A stretch of 64,000 nt of DNA. It comes from an uncultured Gammaproteobacteria bacterium. GTDB taxonomy: Bacteria; Patescibacteriota; Microgenomatia; UBA8517. Below the pieces are notes generated by a model. The model did not search any database. It was not told where the DNA came from and saw only the letters and a list, made by a program, of their open reading frames with translations. The position numbers and the translations under genes are program-made. Shown here piece after piece: positions 49,046 to 59,316 of this stretch (its first letter is position 1; every line of letters begins with the position of its first letter). The DNA lies in assembly GCA_964599625.1 (NCBI GenBank), contig CAZRGC010000004.1:11705-75704 (forward strand), given 5' to 3'.

Positions 49046-50697
49046 AAGGATGAGAAGTTGAGCTTTGGCCAATGAGATTTAAGTTGGTTCACTATAAAAG
49101 ATCCGGAAACTTTTTCGGGAATTACAACATATGTGGCACCCATAGCCTTTAGAAGTTCTTCGTGATCGTGCTCCTCAGCCCTTACAACTATTGTAGCCTT
49201 AGTTTTTCTTCTGCTGCATTCTTCCAATAGAAGCTCGTTGTCTCTTAAGTCTGATGCTGTGGAAATAATCAGTTTGGCATTTTCCAGCTGGAGGCTATCC
49301 AAAACTTCTGGGTCTCCAATATCTCCATAGACAGCATCTATGTTTTTATCTCGTAGTTTTTTAACAAGATTTGGATTGAAATCCATTACTGTAAATGGAA
49401 TTTTTTCTTTGGCCAAATAATTCACAATTGGTTCTCCAACTCTGTGTGCACCTATTACCACAACATGGTCGGCAAACTCCGACTCATTTTTGACCTCCAA
49501 ATAATGTGTTCCGACTTTCTTTTCCAGGATTCCCAAAAACGGCCTGAATAATTTATATATTCTTTTGGATGCGGAAATGAAAATTGAAGAGGCAATGATA
49601 GAGATGACTGCTACAGCTGCCATTACAGAAAGAGCCAGTTGGGAGGCAAGGTTAAACTGCACTCCAACCAAAAGAACTATTAGTGAAAACTCTGATATCT
49701 GAGAAAGATTGAGCGAGGTTTGAAAAATTGTGTGTTTTCTGAATCCGAAAACAGACAAAATTAGCGAATAAATTAATGGTTTTACAAAGATGGCAAAAAC
49801 GGTAAAAATCAAAATTGCGGGCCAGGCACTTGCCAAATCAGAGGCTCTTATTTGTGTACCCAGGTAAACAAAAAACAAAATTAAAAAGAAATCTCTCAAA
49901 GGTTTTATTTTGCCTTCTATTTGAAGATTGTAGGGAGAGGTGGCAAGCGCAACTCCTGCCAGAAACGCTCCGATTACAACAGAGAAACCGGATACTACCG
50001 CTAAAGACGTAAATATAAAACACCAAGATATTGCAGTAAAGAAAAGTAGCTCAGTCGACTTTGCTACTGCATCAAATATCTTTTCTAGAACGTATTTTGA
50101 TAGAACAAAAGCTAGTAAGAAAAGGCCAATGGCTTTGAGTACTAGTGTGAGTATCGGCAAACTTTGTTGCAATCCGAGATTGAGTGCTGAGTTTCCTACG
50201 GAAAGCATCATCAAAACGACCACGGCAACCAAGTCTTCTACAAGTAAAATTCCTATTGAAAGTTTACCGTAGAGCGAAGCCAAATCTTTTTTCTCTAAAA
50301 GCATTTTTATTACAACCACAGTGGAAGAGAACGCTAAACCAAGCCCCAGGTAAATGCTTTCTGTTGTTTGGAATCCGAGTAATTTTGATATATAAAAGCC
50401 GAGCAATGTAGATACTAAAACTTGAGCAATCGCCGACACGATAATGGGTGTTCCAAGAATTTTAACTTCCCTTAAGTCTAGTTCCATGCCTATCAAAAAC
50501 AGCACAAAAGCAATTCCTATTTCGGGGAATACTTCAAAAACTGTGGAATGTGTGGGATCGAATATTTTAAGAAATGAAAGCAATACACCCGATGTTAAGT
50601 ATGCAACTACAAGTGGTAATTTTAGTTTGTGCGCCAAAAAACCAAGCGAAACACACAATGATAAAACAATTGCGAGCTGGATAAATATATTCTCCAT
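49039..50697 (-). CDS. CPA2/Kef-type cation:proton antiporter with TrkA-N domain
   Basis: FSSTVV, LLVED, GAFLAG, QISEFS, GAHRVG, YGD. Confidence 0.93.
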   Translation of the reverse strand: MENIFIQLAIVLSLCVSLGFLAHKLKLPLVVAYLTSGVLLSFLKIFDPTHSTVFEVFPEIGIAFVLFLIGMELDLREVKILGTPIIVSAIAQVLVSTLLGFYISKLLGFQTTESIYLGLGLAFSSTVVVIKMLLEKKDLASLYGKLSIGILLVEDLVAVVVLMMLSVGNSALNLGLQQSLPILTLVLKAIGLFLLAFVLSKYVLEKIFDAVAKSTELLFFTAISWCFIFTSLAVVSGFSVVIGAFLAGVALATSPYNLQIEGKIKPLRDFFLILFFVYLGTQIRASDLASAWPAILIFTVFAIFVKPLIYSLILSVFGFRKHTIFQTSLNLSQISEFSLIVLLVGVQFNLASQLALSVMAAVAVISIIASSIFISASKRIYKLFRPFLGILEKKVGTHYLEVKNESEFADHVVVIGAHRVGEPIVNYLAKEKIPFTVMDFNPNLVKKLRDKNIDAVYGDIGDPEVLDSLQLENAKLIISTASDLRDNELLLEECSRRKTKATIVVRAEEHDHEELLKAMGATYVVIPEKVSGSFIVNQLKSHWPKLNFSSFH

Positions 50698-50752
50698 TCA
50701 GTTATATTAGCTGATAATTTACACAAAGCTCAAGGCCTTATATTATCTAATA

Positions 50753-51685
50753 ATGGTGTCTTGGGGTTTTGTTACGTATATTGCTTCTTTTTTAGCTTTA
50801 CTCTTTGGTGCCGGGCTGATAATAAAATCAGTTGATAAGTTTTCTCATAAACTTAAGTTGTCTTCGTTTTCCGCATCCTTTTTCATACTTGGAATGCTTA
50901 CTTCAATTCCGGAACTTGCAGTCGGCCTTACCTCTGTGGCGGAGAACAAACCGGATATCTTTGTAGGTAATCTAATTGGAGGAATAGCGGTAATTTTCTT
51001 TCTTGTAATTCCTATTCTGGCAGTGTTGGGTAATGGTGTAACGATAGAAAGCCAAATAAACAGAAACAACCTGAAGTTTTCTTTTTTGGCAATGTTGACG
51101 CCAGCCTTGGCACTATATGACAGGAAGGTGGCCAACTTTGAAGGTATTCTACTGCTTTTGGTTTATGTTGTTATATTTTTTGTTGTTGAACAAAAAAAGG
51201 GAATACTCGACAAAAACACCGAGGTTCTTAAGGTTAAGTCGTACTCCTTAATAGATATTACAAAAATAATTTTTGGCGTTTTGATAGTTTTTGTTTCTAG
51301 TCAGATAATAGTAGATAACACTTTGGCTATTGCAACCGACCTTGGAGTTTCCACTTTTTATGTAAGCCTTATAGCTTTATCTTTTGGGACAAATCTGCCG
51401 GAATTTTCATTGGCTCTCAAGTCGATTTTCGCTCGAAGGAAAAGTATTGCCTTGGGGGACTACATGGGGTCTGCTTCTGCCAATGTGTTTCTTTTTGGAT
51501 TTTTAACTTTGCTGTCGTCGAAAGAAGTCTTTGTGTCTACAAATTTCTTAACAACTTTTGTGTTAATGGCCATTGGCCTGTTGATTTTTTACATACTTGC
51601 TATTTCAAAGGGTGGTATTTCCAGAAAAGAAGGTTTTGCATTAATGATTTATTACGTATTTTTTGCAGCCCTCGAGTTGTTGTGA
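50753..51685 (+). CDS. Na+/Ca2+ antiporter (CaCA family)
   Basis: TSIPE...GN and GTNLPE...G..GS alpha repeats. Confidence 0.9.
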   Translation: MVSWGFVTYIASFLALLFGAGLIIKSVDKFSHKLKLSSFSASFFILGMLTSIPELAVGLTSVAENKPDIFVGNLIGGIAVIFFLVIPILAVLGNGVTIESQINRNNLKFSFLAMLTPALALYDRKVANFEGILLLLVYVVIFFVVEQKKGILDKNTEVLKVKSYSLIDITKIIFGVLIVFVSSQIIVDNTLAIATDLGVSTFYVSLIALSFGTNLPEFSLALKSIFARRKSIALGDYMGSASANVFLFGFLTLLSSKEVFVSTNFLTTFVLMAIGLLIFYILAISKGGISRKEGFALMIYYVFFAALELL

Positions 51686-51722
51686 AAACACAAATAAAGC
51701 ATTATTCTTAATATTACTGTTT

Positions 51723-52691
51723 ATGCCATCTGCCCATGGAAAATCTCCCACCGCGGGAGCAAGAAGACTTTTGGTCCGAAACAAAAGAATTGAGCGCGCC
51801 AAGGTAAAAAACAACTTTTCTGCTGTGTTGTTCAAAATTTCAGTTCCCTTTTTGATTATTCTTATGCTGTTTCTTTTTGTCAGATTCACAACAAAAGAAT
51901 GGAATGGTCATGACAAGGTTGGGTTGGTTTACAAAATAGAGTCCGGTGACGTTGGCGTGATTGTTGCCGACCCGGAGACGCCCGAACTTACAACATTTCT
52001 GATACCAGGTGACACACAAGTGGAGGTGGCGTCGGGATACGGCACACTCCGATTAAAGAATGTTTGGCAGTTGGGATTTAACGAAAAGCGCAAGGGGGAG
52101 CTTCTAAGTGCTTCTGTTACGAGGAATTTTTTAATGCCCGTGCATTTGTGGTCCGATAGCGATGCCCAAAAACTAAGTGACGGAAGCATGGTTGGTGTTT
52201 TTGAATTTATTTTTCTGCCAAAAAAGACAAACATGGCATTTGGAGACAGACTGATGTTTGGAATATTTGTTTTAAAAACAAAAAACATTGAAAAGACACA
52301 AATAGATTTGGCAAAAAGCCAATTCTTGCGCAAAGAAACACTCAAAGACGGTACCCCCGGATATGTTTTGGGTGGTTTGGTTTCCGGGCGGCTTACTGCT
52401 TATTTCTCGGATAACGATATTGCGGACAAAAATATAAGATTTGGAATAATAGACGGAAGCGGTGTTTTTGGTGAGGCAGCCAAGGTTGCCGAAATCATAG
52501 AAGTGTTGGGTGGCAAAGTTGTAAGTCTTGAAAAGAACCAGGTTGGTGTTTCAGGGATTTGTGAAGTTTCATCCAAAAACGTTTCTTTAGCCAAGAAAGT
52601 GGCTAAGATATTTGGGTGCACGTTCAATAATTCAAAAACAAATCTAGATTTGGAAATAAGTTTGGGGGACATGTTTTCCAAAAATTTTTAA
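51723..52691 (+). CDS. LytR/CpsA/Psr-like membrane-anchored protein
   Basis: TM, IPGDT.V...GYG, C-terminal LytR_C-like (DGSG..G.A...LG.D). Confidence 0.55.
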   Translation: MPSAHGKSPTAGARRLLVRNKRIERAKVKNNFSAVLFKISVPFLIILMLFLFVRFTTKEWNGHDKVGLVYKIESGDVGVIVADPETPELTTFLIPGDTQVEVASGYGTLRLKNVWQLGFNEKRKGELLSASVTRNFLMPVHLWSDSDAQKLSDGSMVGVFEFIFLPKKTNMAFGDRLMFGIFVLKTKNIEKTQIDLAKSQFLRKETLKDGTPGYVLGGLVSGRLTAYFSDNDIADKNIRFGIIDGSGVFGEAAKVAEIIEVLGGKVVSLEKNQVGVSGICEVSSKNVSLAKKVAKIFGCTFNNSKTNLDLEISLGDMFSKNF

Positions 52692-53387
52692 TTAATCTTC
52701 TGTGACTTCTTCGTTTGTTGTTTCCGGTTGTTCTTTGTGAACAAGCTCGGGAGGAGTGAACGAAACGTATTCAATTTTTTCTGTGGGAAAAGAAGGAATA
52801 TCCAAAGAATCTTCGTTTCTGTGAGTTTCTCTAATAAAAACAGTTATGTCTTTTGCTTGTACAGATTTAATTAATATCTGGTACTTAACACCTGATTTGA
52901 TCAAGTTTCTAAGTCTGGCTGCAATATCGTCAGGCACCCTTCCTATGTATTTATTGTCTTTGGTTGTTATAGATACCTTGTGTGAATAGCTGGAAATTTT
53001 TACTTCTTCACCTGGGTCCAGCGAACTAAAAACTTTTGTATCACCGACATTCATTAATTGTATAAGTTTGGTCTTACCCGGCTCCTCCAAAAATGCGTCT
53101 GATGAAACGATGTGGTTGGGATGAATATCTGTAGGCCCATCTAACACACTCCATTTTTCCAAGCATTTTTTGGCGATAGCGTTAACTGGGTCCAGTTTGA
53201 TTACCTTCCTGGCAGTATCTTTTGCTTTTTCCAAAGCTCCCGTTTCAGAATAGGCTTTAGCAAGCCTGTTGAGTGCGTCTACATCTTCCGAGTTATCTTT
53301 TAATATCTGAAGATTTATTTCTATTGCTTCTTTCCAGTTTCCGGCAAGTGCAAGTGATATAGCTTTTTGGGCAAGTGTTATTTCCAT
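52692..53387 (-). CDS. TPR-containing protein
   Basis: WKEAIEIN...DALNRLAKAY...DPVN.IA. Confidence 0.8.
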   Translation of the reverse strand: MEITLAQKAISLALAGNWKEAIEINLQILKDNSEDVDALNRLAKAYSETGALEKAKDTARKVIKLDPVNAIAKKCLEKWSVLDGPTDIHPNHIVSSDAFLEEPGKTKLIQLMNVGDTKVFSSLDPGEEVKISSYSHKVSITTKDNKYIGRVPDDIAARLRNLIKSGVKYQILIKSVQAKDITVFIRETHRNEDSLDIPSFPTEKIEYVSFTPPELVHKEQPETTNEEVTED

Positions 53388-53476
53388 GAACCGTTTACTG
53401 TAATTGAGTATAGATAACCTTTTTTTGCTGTCAAGGGCTTTCCTGACCGAACAAAAACGGCTATACTACCACTTGT

Positions 53477-54217
53477 ATGAGCGGGCATTCACACTTCGCT
53501 ACCATCAAACGACAAAAAGCCGCAAACGACGCTGCTAAGGGCAATGTTTTTTCAAAAATGGCAAGGGCAATTATGATTGCCGCTAAGAATGGACCTGACC
53601 CCGACATGAACTACAAGCTGCGTTTCGAAATAGAAAAAGCCAGAGCAGTAAGTATGCCTAAAGAAAATATTGAACGCGCAATTGCTAAGGCCACAACCGA
53701 AGCTGCCAATATGGAAGAACTAACATACGAAGGTTATGGGCCTTTGGGCATTTCTGTAATTGTGCAGGCTGCCACAGACAACAAAAACAGAACCGCTCAG
53801 GAAATAAAAAACACATTTGATAGGGGAGGGGGAAGTTTGGGCGGACCGGGTGCCGTTGCTTTTAATTTTGATCCCAAAGGCTTTATGCTTGTCAAAAAGG
53901 GTGATGATCCAGAAACACAAATGCTTCAACTTATTGATGCAGGGGTGGAAGATATAACAGAGACTGCCGACGGTCTTGAAGTTTATACATCCCCCGACGT
54001 TTTGGGTCAGACACACAAAAAACTTACAGAAATGGGTTTCGAAGTTCAGGAGACAGAACTTCAAATGAAACCTAAGAATTTTATTAAGGCCAATACCCCC
54101 GAAGAGGCAACCAAAGTAATTAAGTTTTTGGATGCTTTTGAGGATTTGGATGATGTTCAGAAAGTTTTTTCAAATATCGAGGTAGATGAAGAAGTGATGT
54201 CTAAAGTAACTTCCTAG
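53477..54217 (+). CDS. yebC: YebC/PmpR family protein
   Basis: MSGHS...IK..K, MPKENIERAI, YEGYGP, TDNKNRT, DDVQKVFSN. Confidence 0.96.
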   Translation: MSGHSHFATIKRQKAANDAAKGNVFSKMARAIMIAAKNGPDPDMNYKLRFEIEKARAVSMPKENIERAIAKATTEAANMEELTYEGYGPLGISVIVQAATDNKNRTAQEIKNTFDRGGGSLGGPGAVAFNFDPKGFMLVKKGDDPETQMLQLIDAGVEDITETADGLEVYTSPDVLGQTHKKLTEMGFEVQETELQMKPKNFIKANTPEEATKVIKFLDAFEDLDDVQKVFSNIEVDEEVMSKVTS

Positions 54218-54225
54218 ATTTAAAA

Positions 54226-54993
54226 ATGTCCAAACGTCGACGATTTGTTTTAACTTCGCTACTACTTTCCCTTGGATTTGTTGGAATACAATTTCTAAAC
54301 GATCAAAACAGGTTTTGGATAATTGGTGCTTTGGGGATTTTGACAATTATCCTGTTTGTTTGGTCCCTTTGGGAAAATTTGGGGAAAAACACAACGCTTC
54401 TGACTTTAGTGCTTCCAACAGTGTTTACACTAGGGGTTGGAGTTTTTTGGTTCCTTTTGCCCATTAGCGTATATACGCGCATTCCGATTGTTATTTTTTA
54501 CGGGATTGGAATTTATGTTTTATGTTTAACAATGAATATTTATTCCGTTGCCACAAATAGAACTATAGCTCTTCTAAGGGCTGCTAGGGGGGTGGGGTTT
54601 GTTCTGACACTGGTTACCTCGTTTTTGGTTTTTGATGCAGTGATATCGCTAAAAAATCAGGTCTATATACTTATGCCTTTGGTGTTTTTACTTTCTTTCC
54701 CTTTGTACCTTCAAGGATTTTGGGCTGTTAATCTTGAAAAAACATTTTCAAAAGAACTGCTTTTGATTTCGGCGGTGTCCTCCCTTGTAACTGCAGAAAT
54801 TTCATTGGCCTTATATTTTTGGCCTGTAACAGTAGTGACTGGCTCACTTTTTTTGACAGTCACATTTTATATGCTTTTGGGTTTGGGTCAGGCAAAAATG
54901 GAGGACAGGCTTTTTCCTGCCACAATCAGGGAGCACCTTGTTGTGGGTGCCTTGGTATTTGTTGCAATGTTTTTAGCCACACACTGGGGCTGA
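54226..54993 (+). CDS. Polytopic membrane hypothetical protein
   Basis: About 9 hydrophobic segments. Confidence 0.75.
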   Translation: MSKRRRFVLTSLLLSLGFVGIQFLNDQNRFWIIGALGILTIILFVWSLWENLGKNTTLLTLVLPTVFTLGVGVFWFLLPISVYTRIPIVIFYGIGIYVLCLTMNIYSVATNRTIALLRAARGVGFVLTLVTSFLVFDAVISLKNQVYILMPLVFLLSFPLYLQGFWAVNLEKTFSKELLLISAVSSLVTAEISLALYFWPVTVVTGSLFLTVTFYMLLGLGQAKMEDRLFPATIREHLVVGALVFVAMFLATHWG

Positions 54994-55485
54994 TAATTTA
55001 GCTTCATTTTATATTCAAAAATATTTCTCAAATAATTTTTTACAACCCACAAGACGGGGAGTAGGGGTGGAGGTGTGCACACCCTATAATTATAGGATAT
55101 TTGAATGTGAAAGTAAGATAGTTTTCACGAAAATTATAGGACATTTTCACAAATAGCGACCAAAAGACAAGTGCGAACAAAAACCGAACAAATTAAACAA
55201 CAGTTGGTGATACACAATGATATAGTTATCGTGCCTAAAAAAGCTAAAAATATCAAGTTTTACCCCTATTTAGTTATGTGGATATCTTGGAATATTAGCG
55301 GCATCAAAAGGTGGGTCACGCTACCGCCCTTAAATGTATATTGATGCCATGAATATAGACCAATCTGTTGGGAGAGTGCTTGTGCTGCAGAATACAAAGA
55401 CAATTTTAGAGTTATATTCTCCCTTGAGGCGTTGGTGAAATTATATGCGAACATGTGTTTGAGGATTATTTTAGTTCAATTAGTT

Positions 55486-55513
55486 ATGTCGCACAATAAT
55501 ACTTTTGCGACGT
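55486..55513. other. Candidate dif-like Xer recombination site
   Basis: ATGTCGCACAA-TAATAC-TTTTGCGACGT (11-6-11, near-palindromic), ~1.2 kb from a Xer gene. Confidence 0.55.
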
Positions 55514-55809
55514 ATAATAAAACTATTTAGGGAGTACATTCAATAATGTATTTAGCCAAAAGTTTCGAATAACTTTACTTGCTTTTTTGGGTCCTGATTT
55601 AACCTGATAATTCTCCTTTTTAAAAACGTCATAAATTATGTCGCCCCGAACATATGCCGAATAAAAAAAACAACTTTTCAACCGGTGCCCTTTCCCCGAC
55701 TCCCCCGCAATTTGCAAATTAACGTTTACCCCGAAAATACGGGATAAACAAAGATGATGAGTATGTAGTCTTTTTGTTTAGACAGGCCTTAAAATCGATT
55801 ACAGAGGGC

Positions 55810-55829
55810 CCTGCCTGCCGGCAGGCAGG
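55810..55829. repeat. Perfect 20-bp REP-like palindrome
   Basis: CCTGCCTGCCGGCAGGCAGG. Confidence 0.75.
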
Positions 55830-55881
55830 TTGTATTTAGGCATGATTTGCGCCAAATATAAAATGTATGTAGAATTGCCGA

Positions 55882-56619
55882 ATGTCTCAAGAAACGGCTG
55901 CAAAAACCGACATTTTAGATTTTCTTACACCGGGACAAAAAAAATTAGTTGAAGGTTTTATAAATTTTTCGTTGGAAAAAATGGAAGTTGATTGGGACGT
56001 TGATCAGACATTGGCGTTAACAGAATATCCGGTAAAAGCTATCGTTGATAAACACTTTGGGACTAGTTACTTTTCACGAAAAATTGTCGGTTACGAAACT
56101 TTGACCAAATGGCTTACTGAAGACGGAATTACGGATTTGAAAACTGCTCAGGAATTCGAAAGCCGTATTTGGGTCAATGCAGATATTTTGTATCAGGCTA
56201 AACCAAATGAGTTTTTAAGGGATCTGTCGTATGCCATGTACAAGGCAAATATTCGGCAACATGTTACTACAGTGCGTGTGCCGGGACTTAGAATATCTAC
56301 ATATAAATGGCTAAGTGAGTATTTTCCATGGATACCTTCCGGAAATATTAATTTCAGAGTTGGTATGGGTATGTCCGGCCACGAATTTAAGCGCAGAACC
56401 GTGCTTGATATGTATGCCAAAAACCCTGAAGTTGTGCATGTTGATGATGATTCCAGGATAATTAAAACTCTTTCCGTGGATGCACCCAATCTCAAAATTA
56501 TTGGAATAAGATATCCGGACGAAGATGTCTCAGGTATAGAACATGCCGAAAACAGGGCCTTTTTGTATAGGGACGATTTAAACTCACTCATAAAACTCCC
56601 AACCGCAACATCTTATTAG
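55882..56619 (+). CDS. HAD-superfamily protein (5'(3')-deoxyribonucleotidase-like)
   Basis: DWDVDQTL, TTVR, K, VHVDDD. Confidence 0.65.
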   Translation: MSQETAAKTDILDFLTPGQKKLVEGFINFSLEKMEVDWDVDQTLALTEYPVKAIVDKHFGTSYFSRKIVGYETLTKWLTEDGITDLKTAQEFESRIWVNADILYQAKPNEFLRDLSYAMYKANIRQHVTTVRVPGLRISTYKWLSEYFPWIPSGNINFRVGMGMSGHEFKRRTVLDMYAKNPEVVHVDDDSRIIKTLSVDAPNLKIIGIRYPDEDVSGIEHAENRAFLYRDDLNSLIKLPTATSY

Positions 56620-56671
56620 TCGCACATTCTAGTTGACACCCTGTGAAAATATATTTAAACTGATTTCAGTG

Positions 56672-57625
56672 ATGGCTGATCCCGCCCAAAATCAGTCCGA
56701 GATTCAGAAGAAAGTTAACCAATTTTTGGAGTATCTTCAGGTTGAAAAAGGTGCCTCTCCCCTAACCCTTCGTAACTATCGTCATTATCTTTCACGACTT
56801 ATTAACTGGATGGATTCAGAAGGACTGCACGAAGACTTAAGCGATATAAATCAGGAGATTGTCCGTAATTTCCGCGTTTTCCTTTCCAACCTTCCCGGAG
56901 AAAATGGTCAGTCGATGACCAGACGCACTCAGGGGTATCATGTGATTGCACTTAGGTCGTTCCTCAAATGGCTAATCAAAAACGATTACCCGGTTATGGC
57001 ACCTGATAAAATTGATCTGCCAAAGGTGGAAGAACGTCAGGTTAAATTTTTAAGCGGAGAACAAGTAGATAGGATTTTGAATGCACCCAGCCAGTCAACA
57101 ATTCAGGGGAAACGAGACAAAGCAATTTTGGAAGTACTTTTTTCTACCGGTCTGCGTGTTTCCGAACTTGTTAAATTGGATAGGGATAAGATTGATATGC
57201 AAAGACGTGAGTTTGGGATAATAGGCAAAGGCGGCAAAGCCAGAGTTGTGTTTTTGTCTTCCCGCGCAGTAGACTGGCTGGTTAAGTATCTCAATGAACG
57301 AGTTGATAAGTTCAAGCCTCTTTTTGTTCGCCACAAAGGCAATCTTGATCCGGGTACACCTGATGAAAAAATGAGGCTCACTCCCCGATCTGTCCAAAGA
57401 TTAATTAAAAAGTACTCTCACAAAGTCAAACTTCCAGTGGAGGTTACCCCGCACGTAATGAGACATTCTTTTGCTACAGATCTTTTGATTGCGGGAGCAG
57501 ACATAAGAAGTGTGCAGGAGATGCTAGGGCATAAAAACATTTCTACCACCCAGATCTATACACATGTAACCAACAAGCAACTAAAAGAAATACACGAAAC
57601 TTTCCACGGGAGGGGTAATGATTAG
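56672..57625 (+). CDS. XerC/XerD-family tyrosine recombinase
   Basis: TGLRVSEL, GKGGK.R, PHVMRHSFAT, LGH...TTQIYTH. Confidence 0.95.
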   Translation: MADPAQNQSEIQKKVNQFLEYLQVEKGASPLTLRNYRHYLSRLINWMDSEGLHEDLSDINQEIVRNFRVFLSNLPGENGQSMTRRTQGYHVIALRSFLKWLIKNDYPVMAPDKIDLPKVEERQVKFLSGEQVDRILNAPSQSTIQGKRDKAILEVLFSTGLRVSELVKLDRDKIDMQRREFGIIGKGGKARVVFLSSRAVDWLVKYLNERVDKFKPLFVRHKGNLDPGTPDEKMRLTPRSVQRLIKKYSHKVKLPVEVTPHVMRHSFATDLLIAGADIRSVQEMLGHKNISTTQIYTHVTNKQLKEIHETFHGRGND

Positions 57626-57627
57626 AT

Positions 57628-59313
57628 ATGTCGGAGAGTTCGGGGTGGTCTTCATATGACGGTTTACCAGAAACCGCAAGAGATAAAGCTGAGTTTGACT
57701 CTGACAAAGCAAACCTTGCAACGGAGGATTTTAGAAAGCGTTTTGACGAGAAGATGGGATTGAGATACAAAAACCTTCGTGACAAAGATCAAGCTTTTAT
57801 AGATGAAGTATACAGCGCTTTTGGTTCTGGTGACCCGACAAAAGTAACTGAGATTTTAGACAACACCGACGGAGACAGGCATGACTATGTGTTATGGATT
57901 GGTGAGTGCAAAGAGGAATTCGATACTTTAGAAAAAACTGTGGATTTCATGGATGCGAGATATGCGGAGTATGTTAGGGAGGATCTGGAAACGGAAGTGC
58001 TCGAAGTAGTATCCCGAATAGACTTTGATAAAGCTTTAAGTAATATTTTGAGAAAAGGAAATATATACGACCTGGAAAGTTTTATGAAAAACGTTGCCTA
58101 TGTAAGAGAAGTCCAGCATATGGTTGTGACGGAGGATGGTGCACAAAATTTAGGACTTTTTGAGCTCACAGTTTTTAGAGACAGATTGCGGGCTGCGAGA
58201 GAGGATATGAAAGTCGGTGATTTTTTGAGTCACGGTTCAGACTTGGAATATGATTTGGAAGGAATCGCAGATGAGCCAAATATGGAAATGAAAGCTGTGC
58301 GGTTGCAGTCAGAAGTTGTCAGTTTGAAACAGGCTGTCAAAGCATATGCACAGAAGGCAAATTTGTTTGTTTGGGGTTCAGGGTCTTTTTCGTTCGACCA
58401 AGAAGAGTGTTTTGACTCATTGTTTAACGCACTTTCTAATGCTTATAAACCGGAGAACTATGTCAGTGACTATGCTGTAAAAAAACCTGATCCAAGATTT
58501 TTTGAATCTGCCGAAAAGTGGTTGATCAAAAAAAGAAGGCAGTTTGAACGGATTGGAGTTTTGCCGCCAACTGATTCGTCAAGGTATGAAAACCAAAAAG
58601 AGCGGGAATCTAACGACAAGGAAGCAATAATTGCCGGTATTGTTGTAAAAGGTTTTGACAATGACCCATATTTAACAAACGAAAGCGTCAGACTTACCTT
58701 GAAGTCTATAGTACCTGGGGAAACATTGAAAAAAGTTAAATCAATAGTGTTTTTAGAAGGCAAGGCCAATACAAGTCCCAGGTACGCGGGACGTCCAAAA
58801 GAAGAAACTGACATGGTTGCCGGAACGTGTTTTTACGAGTTTGACGACAATGAAGGAGAGCTTGTGGGGGCTGCAATCGAAATTTATGGTGAGGACGAGT
58901 CGGGAAAACTTGAAACTCACCAAAATAGACATTCAATATGGCATGAAATTGGACACGTTGCACATCAGAGTATGAGCGCTTCCGAGATTGAGGATTGGCA
59001 AAGAATCAGAACAGATGAGGTTTTTAGGATAACAACATATGTTCCCAGAGAGAAAGTCACAAAACCTCTGGAAGACTTTACGGAGACTTTTACATATTTC
59101 ATTGATCAGCCGACACTTTTGAAAGTCATCGCACCAGAACGCTATAAATTTATGAAGAAGTTTTTCGAAGACAGGTCTACAGATGCTGAGAAAACAGTTC
59201 TTAATAATTATCTTGCAATTACAGAAGTATTTCAGGAGGTTCAATGGAAGAGTCAAAACCTCTCACACGCGGAAATTGCTGAGGTGTGGAGGGAAACTGT
59301 TCCCCAAGACTAA
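57628..59313 (+). CDS. Acidic protein with C-terminal zinc metallopeptidase (lethal factor/M34-like)
   Basis: WHEIGH...Y...EDFTETF...P..LK...PERY.FM. Confidence 0.65.
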   Translation: MSESSGWSSYDGLPETARDKAEFDSDKANLATEDFRKRFDEKMGLRYKNLRDKDQAFIDEVYSAFGSGDPTKVTEILDNTDGDRHDYVLWIGECKEEFDTLEKTVDFMDARYAEYVREDLETEVLEVVSRIDFDKALSNILRKGNIYDLESFMKNVAYVREVQHMVVTEDGAQNLGLFELTVFRDRLRAAREDMKVGDFLSHGSDLEYDLEGIADEPNMEMKAVRLQSEVVSLKQAVKAYAQKANLFVWGSGSFSFDQEECFDSLFNALSNAYKPENYVSDYAVKKPDPRFFESAEKWLIKKRRQFERIGVLPPTDSSRYENQKERESNDKEAIIAGIVVKGFDNDPYLTNESVRLTLKSIVPGETLKKVKSIVFLEGKANTSPRYAGRPKEETDMVAGTCFYEFDDNEGELVGAAIEIYGEDESGKLETHQNRHSIWHEIGHVAHQSMSASEIEDWQRIRTDEVFRITTYVPREKVTKPLEDFTETFTYFIDQPTLLKVIAPERYKFMKKFFEDRSTDAEKTVLNNYLAITEVFQEVQWKSQNLSHAEIAEVWRETVPQD

Positions 59314-59316
59314 CAA

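Noticed and set aside
55270-55290. DnaA-box-like ATATCCACA suggesting oriC in the long intergenic region
   Set aside because: A single imperfect box with no cluster and no dnaA/dnaN nearby.
56672-57625. Tyrosine recombinase as a prophage or ICE integrase
   Set aside because: Xer-sized with no arm-binding domain; no phage or conjugation genes or att repeats seen.
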